NCBI GenBank assembly: GCA_018985225.1
Contig: JADGIF010000198.1
Span: 1 to 15,202, forward strand
Reading direction: 5' to 3'
DNA: 15,202 nucleotides
From: Amoeboradix gromovi X-113
Taxonomy: Eukaryota > Fungi > Sanchytriomycota
Below, piece after piece: positions 9,737-15,202 of the stretch. Made by a program: the position numbers and the translations under genes. Each line of letters opens with the position of its first letter. Within the stretch, counting starts at the first letter, position 1. Below the pieces are notes generated by a model. That model had not been told where the DNA came from. It saw nothing but the letters and a program-made list of their open reading frames with translations, and did not search any database.

Positions 9737-10819
9737 TTTGTTTGTGGCTTGATCTTTGTTTTCATGAGTAATAATTCATTTGTATGGCAATGTGACCTCT
9801 CAATCACATTTTTTGTATGATTATTCGCGATTAACTCAAATTATTTCAAAACATCTTAGCGAGACAGACATCCTATATAAACGCAGCAAAACGCACATTA
9901 TGGGTGTGTGCAGACTTGCTCAGTAGAAAAGCAGAGCAGAAGAATTTTGTGAATGCTAACAAGCTCCATTAGGGCTCAAAAATGTTTGCACGTAATAAGC
10001 GTCCCAAAATGACATTTGAGCTGTTTCAAACATGTTCTAAAAAGCCTAGACCTTGAATGCATTTGATATTGACAATTGTGAGGAATATTACTATAATTAT
10101 CCAATTTTATTGAATAAATCATTTATCGTGATTTCATGAGCTCCATCGCTCAACAAGTTCTCTTTCTTAACTTCTCTAACCACTTAAAGACTCAAAAATC
10201 TTTCTTTTCAACAGTTAAAATGGCTCGAGATCTAGTCATCCTGGATTTGCTAATTCTAACAACCACTGGCAGATATTGAATACACGGATCGACTAGAACT
10301 GGCTCAAGAATGGAAACATAAAATGTATTTTGGTGTTTATTTCTTGCTTTGATAGCACACATGGTAAAGATCTTGAATGAAATTCACGAGCAAGGATTTT
10401 TATGGCATTGAGAAAGCTCGAGTATTGGCGGAATCCCGGTCTTGCCTTTATCCAGAGTCCAAGTATTTGCAGTCGTTGACGTAGTTGCCACATGAGGCAT
10501 ACTGTCGCGGCTTAGCAACTGTTGCAGTGTACTTTATTGCACAGTAGACGAGGAGCAGTCGTGAAATGTGTGGTACTCTGAAGGAAACCAGGTTGGAGTC
10601 ATAAGCAAACTGCCGTTAGGAAACAGAGAGCAAGCATATGGCAGCATGGAGCATACACTTTTGTGTATCCTTATCTAATCTCGCCCAGGATATTGCAAGC
10701 GTGAGCTATTGCTGTAATGAAGTAACTAGCATTAGTTTCTCTGTGGAAATTCTCGATTTTTTTGAGAGCAGGACTTTTACTAAGAGTTATTAAAAAAGTT
10801 GTTTATTCATTTCAGCCAT

Positions 10820-11581
10820 CTACTTTCCGTCGATAACCAGGCATGAATCATCTGGCAACTCAGTTATTTGAAGAGGATTACCCTTTAGTGATAGCCATTT
10901 TAGATTTTTAGTGGAACTAATATGTGATATATTATTGTTGCTTACGTCCATCAGCTGTAAAGATTCGAAGGAGACTACGCTTGGGAACTTCTTCATTTGG
11001 CAGTTAGAGCAATGAAACTCCACTAGGTTTTGCTTTAGGTAGTTAAATGATGATGGCAACTGTGATATGGGGTTACCACTAATTCTAAATATTTTAATTT
11101 TTTGTAGCACCAGAAACAGCTCTGCTGGTAAATTGGTTATAAAGTTTTCACTTATATCTAGTTCGATTAGTTGATTGTGCAATATCCATTCTTTTTTGAA
11201 CTCTGTCAAGTTGTTCTTAAATAAAAGTAGTTTCTCTAACCTTGATTTCATGATCGAGTTTGGTAATGTCGTTAACTGATTACTATTCAGGTTTAAACAT
11301 TGCAAACTTTTTTGGAAAAGACTTGCTGGCAACTCTACAAGTCTATTAAAACTCAAGTCTAGTTTTACAAGACATTTAAATCTTAGTATTTCAACTGGCA
11401 ATTCTTTCATGTCATTGTTACACAGGTATAGTTCTGTCAGTAAAATATTCGCGTATTTGATTTTAAGAAACTTTCCATAAGAGTAATCACTGCTCCCTTC
11501 TTGCTGCTGTTCTCCCTTTAATGTCAATTTAGAATTTTGTAAATCCAACGGAAATTCAAAGTCTTGAGACATGAGCCTCAT
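10820..11581 (-). CDS. Leucine-rich repeat protein (~8 LxxLxLxxNxLxxLP repeats), 253 aa
   Basis: LTELYLCNNDMKELP, LVKLDLSFNRLVELP, LQCLNLNSNQLTTLP, LIELDISENFITNLP and similar repeats. Confidence 0.9.
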   Translation of the reverse strand: MRLMSQDFEFPLDLQNSKLTLKGEQQQEGSSDYSYGKFLKIKYANILLTELYLCNNDMKELPVEILRFKCLVKLDLSFNRLVELPASLFQKSLQCLNLNSNQLTTLPNSIMKSRLEKLLLFKNNLTEFKKEWILHNQLIELDISENFITNLPAELFLVLQKIKIFRISGNPISQLPSSFNYLKQNLVEFHCSNCQMKKFPSVVSFESLQLMDVSNNNISHISSTKNLKWLSLKGNPLQITELPDDSCLVIDGK

Positions 11582-11615
11582 TTTTGGGATGTGAAATAAT
11601 GATTTATTAATTACG

Positions 11616-12540
11616 CTATATTCTTACTTGTCCGTATATCTTTCTTTCGTTGATCCTCTCATATCTTTCTTTGATGTTATATACAAATGTTGCATCTTCC
11701 CAGTCCATATTACGATATTTCTTTCTAAATAAAACAACTGCTAAATATATAAGAGACAGTGAAAGAGCGCTAAATTAAAAGGTATTACATTCCTAAGATC
11801 ACATATCCAATAATTGAGCCCGTATAAACAACAGTTGGACAAGTGCCATTGTTTAAAGTCAGTTTGTGGACTTTAGGTCCTCCTTTGAATGGCTGATAGA
11901 TCTCTGTCACCTTTTCTCCATTGTTATCGCAATTCAAATGTATTTCATACTGCGATGAGCCACGGTAAAATCGGTAACCCACGCCCCCAGAAGAAATAGA
12001 CCTAAGAAAGGGACTATCTAAAGCATATTTATCATCATAGCATATAGCGGCACCATTACAGTCTTTCTCATTAGCTTTTTTGTAGTCATCCACACAGTTA
12101 AACTTATATTTATGATCGTCGAGCACAAATTCAAAAGGCTCAATTTTAAATTCGTATCCTTGATATGCTACTCCACACGTTGATTTGAGCCTAGGGCACA
12201 TATAAGGATGCTGGTATTCCGCTTTTAAGTAGCATCTATCAGATTCTAAGACTTTGAATTCTGGGTCACCACAAAGCATAATAACATCAGAATGACCATT
12301 GTTGCTATTATCGCAAGCTCCATCTCTAAAGTGTATCTGGTTACTGCTTTCTTCTAGACTTAAAGATTTCCCAAGGCTGTCAAAATGAATCCCATCTTTT
12401 GTAGTGCATATTAATCCATCACACGGATTTAGATCTGCTTGCTTACAAAAGGAGAAGTAATAACTAGTCTCCAAAGAATTCTTGTAATAAGGCGTAGACT
12501 TATCAAACTGAGAGAGTGCAAATTTGGAAATATCACACAT
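11616..12540 (-). CDS. Type-I membrane protein with two Cys-rich MRH-like domains (ATG27/mannose-6-phosphate-receptor-like); join(12540..11789,11769..11616), ~301 aa
   Basis: YYFSFCK....CDG.IC, F.DGACD...HSDVIMLC...CYLKAEY.HPYMCP is an MRH-type pattern, and it repeats. Splicing completes a TM helix (IIGYVILGI^ALSLSLIYLAVVLF) followed by RKKYR and a tail ending YERI...YGQVRI* (YxxPhi motifs). The N-terminus is uncertain because no signal peptide is visible. Confidence 0.75.
11770..11788 (-). other. 19-nt spliceosomal intron GTAATACCTTTTAATTTAG (phase 2)
   Basis: Same consensus as the other three introns. Removal extends a half-finished hydrophobic helix and opens a 154-nt terminal exon followed by AATAAA. 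Confidence 0.85.
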
Positions 12541-12570
12541 TATGGTAATGAAACACGGAAATAATTGCTT

Positions 12571-12906
12571 ATGAAGACGAGTTTAATTTTTTTGTTTACA
12601 CTGCTAGCAACTACTTGCAATAGCGCTATTATAGCTAAGATAGTCCATAGAGCATTAAAAGACTTGAGCTTTTATATATCTGGAACTAAGCTCTTAAAGT
12701 TGGAGGTTCCGAAGATTGACTTTCATAGCATTTTGAACCGTAAACTGGGAACCAAAGATATATCGAAAAGTATAGAGAGCATGACAGCTAATTATAACAA
12801 ACAAAAAAGAAATGTTTTCGAGCTTAAGTCATCCGCAAGAACTTTGAAAACATTGCCCATCCCTGGGAAAAGCATTAAAATACCAAAAATAAAAAGATCT
12901 TTATAG
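12571..12906 (+). CDS. Hypothetical small basic protein with predicted signal peptide, 111 aa
   Basis: MKTSLIFLFTLLATTCNSA looks like a signal peptide, and the ORF fills the gap between neighbours exactly. No family recognised. Confidence 0.5.
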   Translation: MKTSLIFLFTLLATTCNSAIIAKIVHRALKDLSFYISGTKLLKLEVPKIDFHSILNRKLGTKDISKSIESMTANYNKQKRNVFELKSSARTLKTLPIPGKSIKIPKIKRSL

Positions 12907-13152
12907 CTATTCTGATTTACTCTCTTGATTTAGTTTTGGTAAGTTCCATCCAACTTTATTGGCGGACCTTTGAATTCTATCTTTGTTTTCAATTCTAGGG
13001 AAATACGTGTCGATCAAATGCTGGTGTCGCAAATGAGCGTAGAGAAATCGAGCTTGATCTTCAGAAGCAACAGTTAAATGCGAAGTCAATGGATTTACAG
13101 ATAGCACTTTTTTAATTTGAGTCAGGGTAACATTTCTAGAAGGGACTTTCAT
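12907..13152 (-). CDS. FMC1: FMC1-like mitochondrial ATP synthase (F1) assembly factor, 81 aa
   Basis: C-terminal FLYAHLRHQHLIDTYFP....DRIQRSANKVGWNLP matches the Fmc1 pattern L..Y.P....e.v..sA..VG..LP. Confidence 0.72.
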   Translation of the reverse strand: MKVPSRNVTLTQIKKVLSVNPLTSHLTVASEDQARFLYAHLRHQHLIDTYFPRIENKDRIQRSANKVGWNLPKLNQESKSE

Positions 13153-13341
13153 TGTTACATGGAATTTTTAATCAATCTACTTTGATCCGCAAATCTATGC
13201 ACATTGCACATAGTGAGTAGTGCGTTACTTTTTACGAAATCGAGCACGTTTAGTTCAAATATTTTCACGATCCACGTTGTTCTGGAAATTTCTGCGATGT
13301 GTATAAATGCATAGCCTGCAACATTATTTGAAAATATCAAA

Positions 13342-13602
13342 ATGGAGTTGAGTCCCACGCAACTTATTCAATCAGCAATAACCAAGCTGAAAACTACGAG
13401 GTCACTTTCGCAAAAGGCGTTGTTAAACAGAACAATTGACTATATGGTTTCTCACCACCCAGTTTGTTTTGCAAAAACTTTCAAGTCCAATGCAAATGCC
13501 ACTCATTTCATAAGGGCTGCTTTGAGTGCAAAAATTATATCATCAGAATGCATAATGAGGGATCTCAAATCTTGCCATTATGAGTCCATGTGTAACAGTT
13601 GA
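13342..13602 (+). CDS. Hypothetical protein, 86 aa (N-terminus resembles a SERTA-type helix pair)
   Basis: ATG in an AAAATG context, AATAAA 16 nt after the stop, and the ORF fits between FMC1 and the SET gene. Confidence 0.55.
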   Translation: MELSPTQLIQSAITKLKTTRSLSQKALLNRTIDYMVSHHPVCFAKTFKSNANATHFIRAALSAKIISSECIMRDLKSCHYESMCNS

Positions 13603-13618
13603 CGCAAGCGTTTATGTA

Positions 13619-13630
13619 AATAAATTTATT
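13619..13630. terminator. Bidirectional poly(A) signal AATAAATTTATT
   Basis: Perfect palindrome giving AATAAA on both strands between convergent genes. The minus-strand copy overlaps the SET gene stop codon. Confidence 0.6.
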
Positions 13631-14801
13631 GATTAGCTATCATCCATTGAACATCTTCATCTTCAGTAGTCCACATTATCTTGGCCATCCCCAAGCTTTT
13701 CTGAATGTATAATTTGCAGAGCATTGGGTTATCTTCGTATAACAATTCCGCGTAACACATTCCTAGATTACATAGAACTGGTGGGGATGCTGAGTTCATT
13801 AGCCATGTTAATAACATTTCACAATACTCGCGCATTTGCTCATCTAATTCTTCAATTTTTTCCATGTAAGCATCAAATCCAACTTGCAAAAACTTGTATA
13901 ACAACCATGATTTCTCAGATCTGCTATCTAATTCGACGACTGATTTCAGCTCTACCATATCGTAACTGTCAATATCATCTGCATACAACTTTTCAAGTAG
14001 TTTAAGATCGTATAACTTTGAAGATGTTTCGGTTTGACATTCAGTACACTTCCAACTAGTGTTACTTGGTAAACTAAACTTATAAAGACTCAGAATTTGT
14101 CCAAAATCGGAAAACTCTTCGTACCCACTTTCTTTGCAAATCAAGCCACCACAGGAGCACGAAAAGGAGCGCTGTAGATCAGGTGAAGAGCATCGATAAC
14201 ACTCACAGACAAAACTCTTTTTCATTAGCAAACTATAGCGACGCAAAATAGTGGGCATCAGCAACTCTTCTGCAGAAAGATAAGAACAAGTCAGAACTTG
14301 ACCGACTTCTATATCTCTTACAGCTTTGAATATTATGTCATCATCCTTACTAGTGACAACACAATTTGGGTCACAATCATGAGTAAATTTCGATCCCATA
14401 TTGTACAAACCGCAAGCACTGTCGCCAATATTATGTCCATTAAGCATAGGAATAGTTAAAATCTTAAACATTTCCTTCCAATCCTGCCCAAATACATCAG
14501 CCAATTTGTGCGATACATCCACATATTTCATTAGCTTCTCCTGTGCCAATTCCATATGAGAATCATAATCAATGGAGCAGTAATTTTTTATTAAGTAATT
14601 TATGTTTTCTGAGTTCAACTTCTGTATAAACCCAATAAACACAGACAAATTACTTTTTTCCATAAATTGAAACTTCGGCAGAATAGCATCTTCTATGGAC
14701 CATTTCAAGAAGGGTTTATCTACAAGAACAGTGTCACCAGTGTAGTATTTCGTTGTAGATTTCAAATGTTTACCAAGTTTTGCATTAGTAAATAATTGCA
14801 T
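13626..14801 (-). CDS. SMYD-like SET-domain lysine methyltransferase, 391 aa
   Basis: N-SET (LGKHL...Y.TGDTVLVDKP), C-SET GLY...SKFTHDCDPNC...AVRDIEVGQVLTCSY, post-SET FVCECYRC, then CxC...WKCxxC and a helical C-terminus. No MYND finger is visible. Confidence 0.9.
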   Translation of the reverse strand: MQLFTNAKLGKHLKSTTKYYTGDTVLVDKPFLKWSIEDAILPKFQFMEKSNLSVFIGFIQKLNSENINYLIKNYCSIDYDSHMELAQEKLMKYVDVSHKLADVFGQDWKEMFKILTIPMLNGHNIGDSACGLYNMGSKFTHDCDPNCVVTSKDDDIIFKAVRDIEVGQVLTCSYLSAEELLMPTILRRYSLLMKKSFVCECYRCSSPDLQRSFSCSCGGLICKESGYEEFSDFGQILSLYKFSLPSNTSWKCTECQTETSSKLYDLKLLEKLYADDIDSYDMVELKSVVELDSRSEKSWLLYKFLQVGFDAYMEKIEELDEQMREYCEMLLTWLMNSASPPVLCNLGMCYAELLYEDNPMLCKLYIQKSLGMAKIMWTTEDEDVQWMIANQ

Positions 14802-15070
14802 CTCCCTTGTGATGTCCCTCTTGGAAATTCCAAAGATACACGATATCTTCTTCGCTACCTAATAAAATTTGGTCTAAATCATCTTCATGTTTGAGTACGC
14901 ATGATATATTGCCAACAGATATTTATTATTTAAATTTTGTGCGCTTCGTCAATATCTGAATGATTATCGATAATTCATTTAGACCAGTTTCTGAGTTTCG
15001 ATGGCCATCTTCCATATCAGTAGATGTGTTTTTGGGAATGTTGGAACGACAAACTCTATGTGATCACAAC
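14785..15070 (-). pseudogene. Possible degraded WD40 gene fragment
   Basis: 14922-14785 reads ISCVLKHEDDLDQILLGSEEDIVYLWNFQEG (WD40-like) with no start codon. Another frame upstream reads DHIEFVV...LLIWK. The fragment abuts element copy D. Confidence 0.35.
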
Positions 15071-15074
15071 ATGT

Positions 15075-15202
15075 GGGACACCAAATATAAAAACTAGACT
15101 AACTCGTTTTTAAAGGAGGTGCTCCATACGGAGGAAATGCTATTATTAATAAAAGATCTTCTTCTATTATACCAATTTTCTTTCATTGATTGTATTCCTC
15201 TT
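15075..15202 (+). mobile_element. MITE-like TIR element copy D (left end only, cut by window end)
   Basis: Starts GGGACACCAAATATAAAAACTAGACTAACT, which is 29/30 identical to the reverse complement of the copy A end. It then matches 2492-2615 and is preceded by ATGT. Confidence 0.88.

Noticed and set aside
9150-10020. 15-bp repeat AAAATGACATTTGAG in the AMT CDS and upstream region; scattered GATAA sites upstream of AMT
   Set aside because: A single AT-rich match without extension. GATAA sites are few and unclustered, so they are not distinguishable from background.
13155-13358. 67-aa minus-strand ORF ending 2 bp before FMC1
   Set aside because: GTG start, overlap with the + ORF start, no motif, and no consensus intron linking it to FMC1.
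1-15202. Window as a circular element or an LTR-bounded unit because both ends lie in the same repeat
   Set aside because: The two ends are non-overlapping parts of the MITE with different flanks (ATGT vs ACTT), and the cargo is housekeeping genes. Assembly breaks at repeats are the simpler explanation.

Overview
AT-rich, very gene-dense eukaryotic DNA in the standard genetic code. The gene content looks fungal/opisthokont. An FMC1-like ATP synthase assembly factor implies a respiring mitochondrion, so this is probably a compact early-diverging fungus or relative (inference). Recognisable genes: WDR33/PFS2, NF-YB/HAP3, eIF3i/TIF34, TAF10, a ~998-aa DDT/WHIM-like + bromodomain protein, an Amt/MEP ammonium transporter, an LRR protein, a two-MRH-domain ATG27/M6PR-like membrane protein, FMC1, a SMYD-like SET protein and two small orphan ORFs. 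Most striking: four 'broken' ORF pairs are each repaired by one 19-21-nt GT-AG intron with the consensus GTA(A/C)T..YTAAYWTAG, which fixes the putative branch A at -6. Most genes have AATAAA on or just after the stop codon. Four co-oriented copies (two complete, two cut by the window ends) of a non-autonomous TIR element have 30-bp TIRs starting GGGAC and ANNT flanks. Two copies sit 56-73 bp from start codons of housekeeping genes.
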